From Lingula anatina (lineage: Eukaryota > Animalia > Brachiopoda), in the NCBI GenBank assembly GCA_051362555.1, contig CM120645.1, forward strand, positions 15,376,001 through 15,440,000: a stretch of DNA of 64,000 nucleotides, in the 5' to 3' direction. The position numbers and the translations under genes are program-made. Below the pieces are notes generated by a model. That model ran no database searches and was not told the DNA's origin. It saw only the letters and a program-made list of their open reading frames with translations. Shown here one piece after another: positions 11,501 through 23,700 of this stretch (positions within the stretch are counted from its first letter, which is position 1; each line of letters opens with the position of its first letter).

Positions 11501-13751
11501 CATTTTTCTCTTAAATTACTCTTGGCTATCATGCAAATGCATGAGCATATACACCCATGTGCACACACCTGCTCTCTTTAGTACACATATACAATATACA
11601 CTCATATACATATACACTCATGCATGTGAAAACCAGCACTCCAGCATTGTCAGGCATGTGAAACTTATCAAATACATATCCAGTGTTTCCCCTGGCCTTT
11701 AAGCTCTGCGAGGTGGTAGGCAGTCCGCGATCCCAGCAATACTAGGGGGGTCCGGGGGCATACCCCCCCGGAAAAATGTTTTAAATCGAGGTGCAATTTG
11801 GTGCATTTTAGGGTATTTAGAACTGATTTTTTTTACATTTTATGTGGCACTGAATTGTCTTGTTTTAGATGTTTTGAGGAGTAAATTCAGTAATGACATA
11901 ACAAAGGTTTGGACAAAATTTATTTTCCAGTCTGTGCATTCACTCAGTTTAGTCCTTTTCAGTTTATAGAACATACTCTTTCAAAAAAAAAAAAAAAAGG
12001 TTAATACTTTCAAAAAAAAAAAAAAAAAAACGAGAAAAAGGGCTTACTACATTGAATTATTTTTAAATTGACCAAAAAGTTGATAAAATATGTTGTTTTT
12101 ACCGTTTTCATATTCTTGTGAAAGTAACTGGTCAATTGACTTTGCGTGTGGGAGCGCTTCATCCTAATATAAAACTGCCGCAAAAGTTCTCTCTCTTGTC
12201 GTTCAGCGCAAAGCGACTCCTGCTACTAGTTATACGTAGTTTGAGATGTAATTTATAATCAACAACTTCAAACACCGTTAAATGAATGCTTCGGAATTAA
12301 AGAGATGAAAATCACACTTATCATCAATTTTAGTTCTTCGTTTATTCATTTATATGGTTCTATTCAGTCATGGAAATTCATATTCAATGCATAGGTTTCC
12401 ACGCGAAATACTGACGTGACCCAGTTTTACAACGCTACTGCTTTCACAAAACTCACCCGTAAATCAATAGAAAATCTTCTCCAAGTTTATAAAATCAACG
12501 AAGTCCACTTTATTTGCTCCTTTTTTATCAGTGAATATTCGTAAACTATAAAAACAAACAACAGGCGGTCTGAATTTCGGAACATGAAGTGATAGAGAAA
12601 GTGTATTCTTGACACGTGATTAAATGGTGTCAAGAACAGTTGCCTCGTTTTGCTCTGTTTCTTATATTTCAAATAAGGCACAGAACCGCGAAAACGAGGC
12701 ACTCACAGGGAGATAGTAACTGCTGGTTATTTTTAGGCATACGCGCATGCGTCTTTCCGTTACTACTAAATCAAGTGCTCAGAAGCATGGGATTACGTAT
12801 GTAAACAGAAAATGCCATATTTGCTTAGAAATAAATATAATTTTCAGTTAGCATGAGTGAAAATATACTTTGTTGTTCCATATAGTCCAGCGAGGCGGTG
12901 CTTTTGACAAATTTCAGCGAGGCGCTTGCAAATATCATCGAGGCGGGCGACTCGCTCATTTAAGTGCAGGGGAAACACTGCATATCAAACATCCTTTATA
13001 TTCATATCAATTCATATTTATTATTATTATTAATACGTTATTTATATCTCTAACCTGGTTCCTCCAAGTCACTGTCATCAAGCAAAGCTTGGAGTTCTGC
13101 TTCTGTGAGATCTTGTTTGCTTTCACCGAAAATATTGTCATCATCTGTAGCATTCTGTGAAAGAACTCCCATTTCTGCCTCACTTTCCTTAGTAAATGAG
13201 TTGCCCTCAGGTTCTTTGTCCCCACCATTTGTCTTAGTTGTAAAATTGGTACTCTTGTCTCTGGTTGCATCCGTAAAATGGTCATTTTTCTCAGTTTTAG
13301 TCCTAGTGTCGTTGTTGTTTATAACAGAGGCATCAGATAGAGTAGTTTGAATGGGCTGCTCACTGGCCTCGTCTTCCAGGTCTGAATCTTCTTCTAAAAA
13401 TGCTGTCAGTTCATCAAGATCACATTCATCACCTAAGATGAAGAAATTAATAAAAAAAAGGGAAAACAAGTTTATGGACCAGTAATCCAAGTTTATCACT
13501 ATCTCATTTCAGTATTTTTTTACTACAGTAGTTATGAATAATACTACAATTGACAATCATAACCTTAAAAAAATATATATATCTCATAAAGAGTAAAAAC
13601 CACGATGCCATCCTAAGAAAGTATATCAGAAGAGATGTCAGTATATGTACATGTATGCAGACAAAATGGGAAAGGATACTAGTACATAATAGGTACCTAA
13701 AAAAATATGCAAAATGCTCATAATAAATGGATTTTTAACATTACCTGACAT
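2552..13751 (-). CDS. MCM10: DNA replication factor MCM10, 3'-partial (continues beyond window start)
   Basis: GT-AG coding exons with consistent phase: 13751-13745 (ATGTCAG), 13432-13055, 11211-11110, 10861-10757 (donor uncertain), 10451-10233, 9861-9730, 9461-9365, 9205-9043, 8250-8092, 7705-7572, 6950-6870, 2647-2552. Translation shows the OB-fold motifs DWVTTGVVV, FVIWKLSDL, FFLFGEVYKHLWK and VIAVLNP, the CCCH finger GRCRAKTKSGQDCSNFINKSQGEFCTYHVQ, and a later YFYGG. A non-coding first exon ends at 14272 (AG|GTGAGT). Confidence 0.93.
2990..3180 (+). repeat. Degenerate copy of the 3' end of the element at 1030-1725
   Basis: AATATCCATCAGTTCTGTGAGTTTGAAG and GACGGCAGATG..GATGACTATATGTACAGACA match the repeat unit and the 1650-1705 end segment. 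Confidence 0.75.
3309..5111 (+). CDS. Kelch-like BTB-BACK-Kelch protein (600 aa), intronless CDS nested antisense in an MCM10 intron
   Basis: BTB ([31 protein letters not shown]...LDFIYSG), BACK (LTVQNC...SEDNV...W...VLSHVRF), and kelch repeats with GG dipeptides (VFVSGG, LHIIGG, VYTFGG). Acceptor TTGCAG at 3299 precedes ATG 3309 (AAAATGG); TAG at 5109-5111. Confidence 0.9.
   Translation: [600 protein letters not shown]
8761..8934 (-). mobile_element. MITE family A (CAGGGGC TIR, 5 bp TSD), copy 1
   Basis: Ends CAGGGGCAGAT...GTCCGCCCCTG flanked by ACTTT on both sides; internal sequence is the reverse complement of copies at 17178, 22078 and 30674. Confidence 0.9.
11681..12980. mobile_element. 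1.3 kb non-autonomous hAT-like DNA transposon with 6 bp TSD
   Basis: Perfect 14 bp TIR CAGTGTTTCCCCTG / CAGGGGAAACACTG; TSD CATATC at 11675-11680 and 12981-12986; no transposase ORF. Confidence 0.88.
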
Positions 13752-14271
13752 TGTTATATCTTTCTCTTCCAGTATCAGATTCCAATTTGCAATAAGTTTA
13801 AAATACTTGACCTCTAAATGCGAACTGTAAAAGTATGTGCCTGCAAGAAATATAAATTGCCTTGAAGTAACAGTTGAATAAAGTCCATTATACCCAACAA
13901 ACCAAATAAAGATAAACAGATGGCTAATTTTTTTCTTTTAAAAACATTGTTGGGGGCAGTGATTTAAGTCTTATGGTCCTCTGATGTGTGCTTAAACATC
14001 AATGAAGATAAAATTGTTTTGTGTGTGTTTTTAAACTTACTATGATCATTAGAGGTTATCCAGTACATGTACAGTTCCAGTGTATTAAGTACTGTACTTT
14101 CACCGGCTTACGTTCATAACTACATTCAGCACGTAAAAAAACGATCCAGCTATCATAATATATTTTTGGGTTATTATCATCTATCATATAACATTCCCCA
14201 TGAAGATATAATCGTTTTGGGATCGTATTTCGGGACTTATTAATCAAAAAACGTACATTCCTCATACTCAC

Positions 14272-14624
14272 CTAAATAGTATCTCCCGCCAAGTCAGAAG
14301 ATGGCAGTCATCATAGACAATAGTTTTTGTTATGTATTCCTAACAAAATTTGACATCAATATTAATAAGTCTCTGTTATTTTTTCCTAATTAATATTATA
14401 GATTAATGAGTTGCATTTATTTAGCAAAAATTTATAAACTTTTGAATTATTTATAGTTGTCAAAATTTCGAAACTCAAATCTAATTTGGATAACGAGTCA
14501 ACATGTGAAGATGCAGGAAACGCCATAATTCAGAATGTGAAACTGTACTTCAAATCATTGGCCTGTTTGGCTTAGTTGCGACCTAAACTGGTCTTTAGAA
14601 TGATGCAGACTGTGTAAAGACAAG
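14272..14624. promoter_or_regulatory. Putative bidirectional promoter and first exons of MCM10 and UPF2
   Basis: Minus-strand donor at 14271 and plus-strand donors at 14625 and 14686 bracket the region. E2F-like TTGGCGGGAGA (14292-14282, minus), YY1-like AAGATGGC (14298) and CGCCAT (14521). Confidence 0.6.
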
Positions 14625-15148
14625 GTACCACGCATTATTTAGTACTTTATTTATTATTTTGTGTGTCTTTAGTGTGGTACACAAGGTATGTTTACAGTTG
14701 TAATTTCTCTCTGCCACCGACGGCACAGTGCAAAAAATGAAAACAAAATACGTGTAGCTGGCATCAACCCATAAATAGAGTCAACAGCAATGGACAGCAT
14801 TTCCAAAAGTTTAATGAATTAATATAATCAGCGTTTGAAGGACAAGAATTTTGAATTGGAATCGAAAGCATGTTTCTTTATTGGTTTGTAAATACCAGTC
14901 CAATGTTCAACACTGCGCTTGCCCTCCAGTACAGTGTATCTCTCTTTGCTTTATATCATTATAGAATAACTTAACAACAACCAAATGCCACAATGTCAAT
15001 GAGACATCTTTTACTATAATCTGAATGTTTCTTTTCAGTCCAATATTTGAATTACAATAATTAATCTGTGCACAGAAAGTTGACCAGTGGAAAAAGCCAC
15101 AACTCTCAATGATATGGTCATGTTCCAGACGTTTTGATACATCTTACC

Positions 15149-17715
15149 ATGGATGAACAGGCTGAGGTTGCTGTGGGTAAGACTGAGGTGGACAGCAGTA
15201 GCAGAAATGATTCACCAGACAAAGGGAGGACTAGCACAAACTATGGCAAACGTGAATGGACAAGAAGTGATCGCAGGGGACAAGGGTGGCAGGGAGGGGG
15301 AAATGGGGGAAAGAATGATCAGAGAAAAGAAGAAAGCAAGAAAGAAGGGCAGGATGTAAGTTGACATTTTTTATATTCCATTTGTAATTCATTTTAATCA
15401 TGCATGTATTTAATAAAGAGAAAAACTGTGTACATGTATTTACGTGCTCTGTTGTTTCTTAATCGCCCAGTGTCAAATGCCAGTAAAATTGAAGGTAAGC
15501 TTGCAAAATTGTGAAAACTTTGTTAAGTTACTGGCCACTTTTTCTGCTTTGGACCATTGATTCAAGATGAGTGTCTGGTTGAGTTAAGGGCCAGTTGAAT
15601 ATGATTTTTTTTGAAAAATTATATCATGCTTTAAGTCTCATGTCAGAATTTTTAACCAGTGATTAACTGTACAAATCAATTCTATCTAATGATATTTTCA
15701 CATTTTAAATTTTCTTATATTGCATTTAAATTGTTAACTGAGTTTATTTATTCATTAAATATTCATTTATATCTGAAGGATAAAAGTAACTCGGGTCCCA
15801 GACGCCCGGAGCCAAGATTTCCACGTAAAAAAGATGGTGATAAACCAGCCTCCAGGGTCACAAAGTCTGAGCAAAGCAGTGACAAGAAGTTGGACAGGGA
15901 GGTGAGGACCTTAAAGGATATTAATAGATTATGGCTTCGTTCACATGAAAAATCTATTTTCTAAAAATCTATTTTCTATTCGCGGTATCTTGTGATCAGG
16001 GTCTGTGCCCTGAATACCCCATGGCGTAATTACTGGCAGCGTGAGCCAGTTACTTCCAAAGCTGTAATTAATTCTCGGCTGCGCTCGGAGTGATCACAAG
16101 ATACCCCGAATAGAAAATAGATTTTTAGAAAATAGATTTTTCATGTGAACGGAGTCTATATGTGGATGGCACATGTGCAAAATTATTTTTTGTAGAACAT
16201 TTATTTCTGCCCATTGTAAACAGAATTTATATCTTAAGACGAAAAACTTTCATACTGTTATCTTATGGCCAACCTAGACGTAGGCCTTCATCAGACTGAT
16301 GTGAGTAGATGTTCTTACGGTTTACCATAAGCTAATGTTGTGAAAGTTTTTGACTTTTGTGTGATAGTTTTCATTTTTGATCCAACTACTAAGCTAATGA
16401 ACATTTCTGCTCATAATTTTTTAATTATTAATAAATTAAAGGGTATAATAACTCTTCGTTTTGGCAAAAAAAAGAATTTTCCTGGAGTAAACAACAATTT
16501 TCCCATACTTACCAATGGTTAATGAATCCATTTTTACATTCAAAGTTAGTCCCTGGTTTTTTTCTAAAAAGTTTTTTTGTTAAAATCTCTTAAGAGATTA
16601 TAACAGAGTATAGCTATCAATGGAGGTCACGTGGTCTAAAGACAAGCTCAGATATCAGAATAATAGCTTTAACTGCCGTTTTTGTGGTACAACAGAATAT
16701 ATTATATTTCTGTGAGTTGTTCACAATATTTTCATTGTGAAATATAGATCTTATACAAAGAGTTATTATTATCCCTTTAACTTCTGAACTTTTGTTAATT
16801 GCATAACCATTTGCTTTAGAGTCCTGCCAATGCTAATGCCAAAGGTGATGGTAGAGATGTGGGAAGAGGAAGTCCAAGTAAAAGTTACAGAGACAGCAGG
16901 CCACAGAGAGGGGGAAGAAGAGGGACTGAGACAGCGGAAAAGACTGGCAGGTAATATATTTATGATGATTATGAGGTCCTGATCATGCTGACATGTATAA
17001 TTTGGTGGTATTTTTTCATGGGTCTTATCATGTATGTATGCTACTGTTTTTTTTTTTCACTTTTCATTATTTATGGGCATAAGGTAGATAGAAGTTGATC
17101 TAGAAATGCCATTTGACAAAAGGAACACCAGATTGTTGCTGAGACATTGAGTATGGAGTATAAGATGAGCTGCAACTCAGGGGCGGATTTAGGGTGTCTT
17201 CTGGGTCTTCCGGAAGACGATCAGATTTTCATGTTTACATTGACTGGTATCTAATATTTTCTGTCGGAAGACGGTCAAAAAATGGAGGATGGATTAACAA
17301 AGATAATTTGGAAGACTGTCAGAAAATATCTTTGGATCTGCCCCTGCAACTATTCATACATAATCAAATATGGTCATGTAACATCAACATTATTTTCTCA
17401 CCTTCCAGTCCAGGCAGCTGTAAGCCAAGTGTCCCCTCAAACAGTGAATCCTCAATAGGTGACAGTGATGGGCAAACTGGTGCTGACTCAGTAGAACAGC
17501 TAAAGGGGTAAGGACATGTTCTCGGTGTGGGTTGGGGTGTTTAATTTTACATTTATTTTAATTGGTCGTCTTCAATGTTTGAAGGATTACAGGTTTTTCA
17601 AATTCTGGGGTTGTGTCTCAAATTCTTTACGGTACTTATACTGTGACAGCACTTGTTATAGTGAACATGTGGATATGTACAAGCAGACTTGCATACACAC
17701 TCATGCATGCACATG

Positions 17716-17746
<31 letters not shown>

Positions 17747-20700
17747 ATGCATGTTTTGTATCCAGGCAGCTTTCATGAGATTAATTTTACTTACTTCCAG
17801 TGCTGCTGAGCTGTTAGCGCTGTTCCAGGGAGAGGGGGGACCCCCCAGGACAGAGGGCATCCAGAATGCGGCCGACCTGGAGGCTCAGTGGCAGCAAGAA
17901 GAAGAAAACAAGGCCAAGCTTGATGTAGGGCGGAAGAGGGAAGACGAGAAACGAAAAAGGGCAGAGGATGACAGAAGGAAGGAAGAGGAGAGGAGGAAAA
18001 AGAGAGAAGAAGAAAAGAAGAGAGAGGAGGAGAAAAGAAAGAAAAGGGAGGAGGAAAGGAAAAAGAAGGAAGAGGAGAGAAAGAAAAAGGAGGAAGAGTT
18101 GAAGAGAAAGAAGGAAGAGGAGAGGAAGAAGAGAGAGGAGGATAAGAAGAAGAAAGAGGTGGGTTACAGTGAAATTACAGATATGGTATATTCCATTTTA
18201 TTTGTTTAAATAAGAATAGTTCCTGTATGATGAAAACTTATCCTAAAAGTCAAATGGAGAGGCTTGTCCATGCCTTTATAACTTCACATCTTGACTACGG
18301 AAACAGTCTACTGTATGGTCTTCCTACCTATCAAATTGAAAAATTGCAATCTGTCCAAAATGCTGCAGCACGACTACTGACCAAAATCCCTCTCAGATCA
18401 AACATTTCACCCATTTTATTCGAACTACATTGGCTTCCTGTAGGACAGAGAATTGTTTTTAAATTACTGTTGTTTGTTTTTAAATTCACTAGAGGTGAAT
18501 GCCCCTCATATTTTAACTCGATGCTACATCCAAGTACACCCAGTCTCACCAGGTCTACCAGATCCACCTCCACTCCTTGTTTTATCAGAAATGATAATAA
18601 AAAAACAACCAAAACCTATGGCCACAGGGCATTTTCAATTTCAGCACCAATTTTATGGAATCAATTACCCTCACATATTCGGACTATTGACAGTGTTGAG
18701 GTTTTTAAAAAAGATTTAAAAACATTCTTATTTGCACAGTATTTTAATTAATATCATCTCATTTTATCAGAAAAAAAAGTTTTATTGTTCAGACCATTAC
18801 TATTTTAACCAGTTTTAATTATTTTAATTTTTTTTTTTTTTTTTACCTTAGCTTTTATTATATATATATATAATAAGTTGTAATCCTAATAATTTTACCT
18901 GTAAACAGCACTGAGACGCTAGTGTAGTGCGGTTTTAAGAAATAAATATTATTATTATTATTATTATTATTATCCTGAGTAAACCAGCTAAAATTAAATT
19001 ACTCAGTGAGGGTTTTGTTTTTTATTAGGAGGAGGATAAGAGAAAGGCAGAAGAGCGTAAAATTCGTGAGGAAGAAGAAAGGGTTCGAGAAGAAGAAAGA
19101 AGACGACAGGAAGAAGAGAGGAAGATAAGGGAAGAAGAAGAAAGAAAGGTATTAGTTGTAAATTTTAGTAAGCTGGACATAATGTGCAATTATTTTTGGT
19201 GTCTGCATTTTAAAACGAGAATTTGACTCTTTGATTTTGTATAAATTTAGCTAGGCAAGTGTGCTTGTCCTTGTAGTCTTTGTAGATGTTGTATTGATGC
19301 AGTGCTCAATACAATATGTACTGATATAGCATTTTTGATGTAAATCATTTTCATCCAGAAAAGGGAGGAAGAGGAAGCACAGAGGCTTATAGAAGAAGAA
19401 CAGGTATAATATTTGTACAGAATTATCAAAAATGTGATGTATTTTTAGGCTTAAGAATCAATGGAAAGTTGAGGACAAGCAATCTTATGATAAGCTTTCT
19501 AATATTTAACATTGTTCTTGAACTGATGGATTAGTAAATTAATTACTAGAAAACTTGCTTCATTTTATCTAAGCACAAGTTTATGAGATGAATTTTATAG
19601 ATATAACTGCACTTGAAATGTTTTATGATTGATTTTTTCAGAAGAATTATATATAGTGATAAAAATATGTTGAAAATGTATACATGTTCTATTTCTGTTT
19701 GACAGAGACTGCTTCAAGAATACTTAGAAGAATCCAGAAGAAGCTCAGAAATCAGAACATTTCTCAGGGAAAAAAACCTCAATGCAGCAGGTATAGAAGG
19801 GTTGTCCTTATCATTTTACTAAAGTGACTTTGATGTAACATGCTCTTGGGATTGATGTTTTCAGCAGCTTAACAGTGGTTGGGAAGGTTTTATAATTGAA
19901 AGTACAAATAGAATTGTAAAGACATGGAAGTGTTCTGGATTAGTCTTAACAAATAGTTTTGATGTTGTGGCCAAAGAGCATCATTTCTACAAGGCAGGGA
20001 TTTCGGCCCATGGGAATCATCTAAAAAAGCCTAAAATGAAGCTGTTGGTACAACATACCTTTCTTTCATGACAGCTAAAAATCCAAATTGTTGAATGAAA
20101 ATTTGCAGTAGCCATGTTAATTGAACAGTGCTGAGGTTAGAAGTACGCAAAATAGGTAAAGTTTCTGACAGTTGACAAGTTGTCTGCAAGAATGTAAAGA
20201 TCAGGGTAAATAGGTTAGATTGTTTAAATTTGTTTGAGATTTGTTTGCGGCTAATAAATTTATAATCTGAACATTTTCTGTTTGCAGACAATAGACCATC
20301 CGACTCCTTTTTTACTAAACTGGATTCCAATTTAAAGAAGAATACTGCATTTGTTAAGAAGTTGGTAAGAGAAAAAGTTAGATATGATTTCTACAGCTTT
20401 GGGTTCATTTACTTTGAAACAAAAATAGGTGTCTTGCTGTTGAAAAATCATTATCACACTACGTTAATCTAGTTGAGTATACCTTTAATAGCATCAGAAA
20501 TTACAACATTAAATGTGCAATTAATGTTTAAGTTATTTTGATTGTTAATTTTGATGTTGTTGCAGAGAAATATAACAGAAGCCCAGAAAGATGCTCTGAG
20601 CAAGGATTTTGAGTCCCTCAATCTCACTAAATATATTGGAGAGGCAGTAAGTTTTCGAGACAAATTTACAGCTTATTTCAGCTTGAACCATTATTTATAT

Positions 20701-23700
20701 GTCTGTGTGACATATGAAATACCTGGTACATCATTATAATTGTAAAAACTTTGAAATGTTTGGTTTAATTAGTCATGCATTGTCATTTAGATTACATTGA
20801 AAAAATATGAGCATTTGCTTTAGCAATGACTAAAAACTTTGAAGGGTATCATACAGTTTAGATATAATATGAAGGATACATGATCGACTCTGACATGATA
20901 TTTAGGGTATTATTTGGGATTTATAAATATGTAGATGCTGTTGTTTATTGCCTAGCTCAAATATATTTATTACCTCCGCCAAGGAGGTTTTGTTTTCACC
21001 CCTGTTTGTTTGTTTGTCTGTCTGTCTGTCTGTCTGACTGTTTTTAAGTAATATCACACTCCCTGTGACTGGGGGGAAATTGAACATTGCAAATGTTGCC
21101 CACATGTAAGAACATGATCATGTTTTGCTAACACCTTTGATTAATAACTACAGTTTTCTATTCTTCTTTCATCTTTCTTGTTCTCAATATTAGGCAGTGT
21201 CTGTGACAGAGGCCAAGTTGAAGATGTCTGATGTTGCCTGTGCCGTCCACCTCTGTAGTCTACTTCACCAGCGCTACGCAGACTTCTCCTCCATGTTACT
21301 GGAGAACTTTCACAAGATTCTGTTATCTAAGAAAGATGAAAAGGTCAGGGTTGGTTATGGGTTGTTATAAAATGTGGGGTTTGAAGTTAAAACTTTGGAT
21401 ATAAATTTTCAGTTTTGGGATATAGATAACAAATTTTTAGCTTTGGTGACTTTCAGTTTGTGATTTTTCCAAGTGTGGAATGAGCTTATTTTTTGTCTTA
21501 TATTTTATTTATTTCAAACCCAAATAAGCTCACAGTAAAAGAAAAATTATTTTAAAACAGAAGGTGACAATAATGATAGTCGTATTTTATTATGATTTTT
21601 TTAATGGAAATATGTGCACTCATTTTAAAACCATTGGACCTTCTCAGTAATCATTTTCCAATTAACAAAATGCCAAAAATTTTAACAAATCATTTTTGAG
21701 TTAAAACAAAAGAAAAAAAACTAGCAAGTTCATTTCATATACAATTTTAAATTACTGGTTGTATATCTCTGTCTGTAGATCTCCAACCCCAGCAAGTACA
21801 GGGTAGACCTGAGGTTCTTTGCTGATCTGATAGCAGTGGGGGTGTTCACAGAGAAGGAGGGACTGCCCCTGTTGTCCACTCAGCTCTCTGTACTGGTCAG
21901 TACGGACAGGGAAGAGTTCAACAACCTGTCCATCCTCATCAGCTTCTGTAAGCACTGTGGTGAGGGCTACGCAGGATTGATACCCAGGAAGATAAGGTAC
22001 TAGGTGTCTTTGTGCATGTGCAGTTCTGTTATGAGAATAATGGGTTTAATGCATAGACTTATACAGAGGGTGATTAACAGGGGCGGATTGAGGTGGTCTT
22101 CTAGGTCTTCTGGAAGACAGTCAGAGTTTCAAGTTTACACTGACCGATATCTAATTTGTTCGGTCAGAAGACGTTCAAAAATGGAGGATGGATCAACAAA
22201 GAATTTGGAAGACTGTCAGAAAATATCTCTGGATCTGCCCCTGATTAAGATAGTAGTTTGTGACTTAAAGACTGGATTGATCTTCTTTTGTATTTTAATT
22301 CAAATTTTGTCCCATTGCATATATTGTAGGACATCTACTCCGTGTGCTACCAACTAATTGTATATACAAGAATAAGGGGCTTAGCCATGATAACTCACCA
22401 CTGTGATCAACTTGTGTATCATAGCATGTAAATGACTATGACCCCATTCCCACAGATTTTAGATCGATCTATCCCTGTGGGGAGTCTCACTAGATTACTG
22501 TCAGCTTAGCCGGCTTAAACGTCTGTCCCGCCTACTAAAAGCTGTAAGGGGGTAATTAACTGTCGTGCGTGCTCGGCTGACTACAATTTAGCGTGAACCC
22601 CCAGGGAGTTAGGTCGATCTGGATGGATCGATCTAAATCTCTGGGAGTGCACTCTAAGAGGTATTTTGTGCTGTTTAAAGTGTTGAGAACGAAGGTAAAT
22701 TTAGAAAAGTATACAGTTATACAGAAATTGAAACCTATGCTGAAAATTTGTGTGTTTAAGGTTACTGGCAGAGAAATATGGCAAAGAACTTGTCTGTAAT
22801 AATATTCTGCCAGTAGAGCGCCAGAAAGCCTGCAGGAACCTGCTGAAAGAGTACTACAACGCGCTGAGCAAACACCTGCTGAATGAACACAAACAGCTGA
22901 AGGACATGGAGAAAATGAACAGGAAAATACTGCAGGTGCTCTCAGCATGAGACTAACATCTTCATTAGATATTTATGATTGTTTTAGTAAGGCTTGTAAA
23001 TGATACAGATTTTATAATACACTACAGATAATAATAATTTGTATTAGGATTACATCACATATAAAAGCTGTTGAAATTATAGGCTGTGTTGAGTGTGAAG
23101 AATTGATAAGGGGTACCTGTAGATATTTGTAATTATATATAAATTGTATATTTATATACAATTTATATATAAATTGTATATTTGTAATTTCAGACCAAGG
23201 GGGAGCTGAGTGGGGAAAGACAGGAGAGATACGAGGCTGCTTTGACAGCTTATCAGAAGTTGTTCACAAACACAAGTACCTACGCTGTAAGTGTTTGGAA
23301 TAATTCTAGGTGGAATAATAGTAATCTTATTAATAACGGTCTTATCATAACATTTAAAAAAATCTTTAATAGACTGAATAGTTCCTTAAAATAAAGGCAC
23401 ATAGTGACAAGACTGTTTACGAAATGAATAAAAAAGTGTTTAATCTGAATAGTACTTGAGACAGATCAATGAGTTAGAGATTCAGCCCAAAGAAGCTACC
23501 TTCTCTTAAACTGATAGAAGAGGTTTTCAATATTTCAGGACCTTCTTGATGAAGACATGCCTGATTTGAAAGAAGAGGGTAAAGCACATTTTATCTATTG
23601 CACCATTGTAATGAGAAGTTCATATAAATTTTACACAATCTTATATTTTAAGTTTCAAAGTGAAGAGTCGACAGGCATCCCCTTTAAAATTTTTTCAGTT

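Noticed and set aside
18227-18751. 174 aa ORF as a host gene
   Set aside because: It is the C-terminus of a LINE ORF2 followed by a (TTA)n tail.
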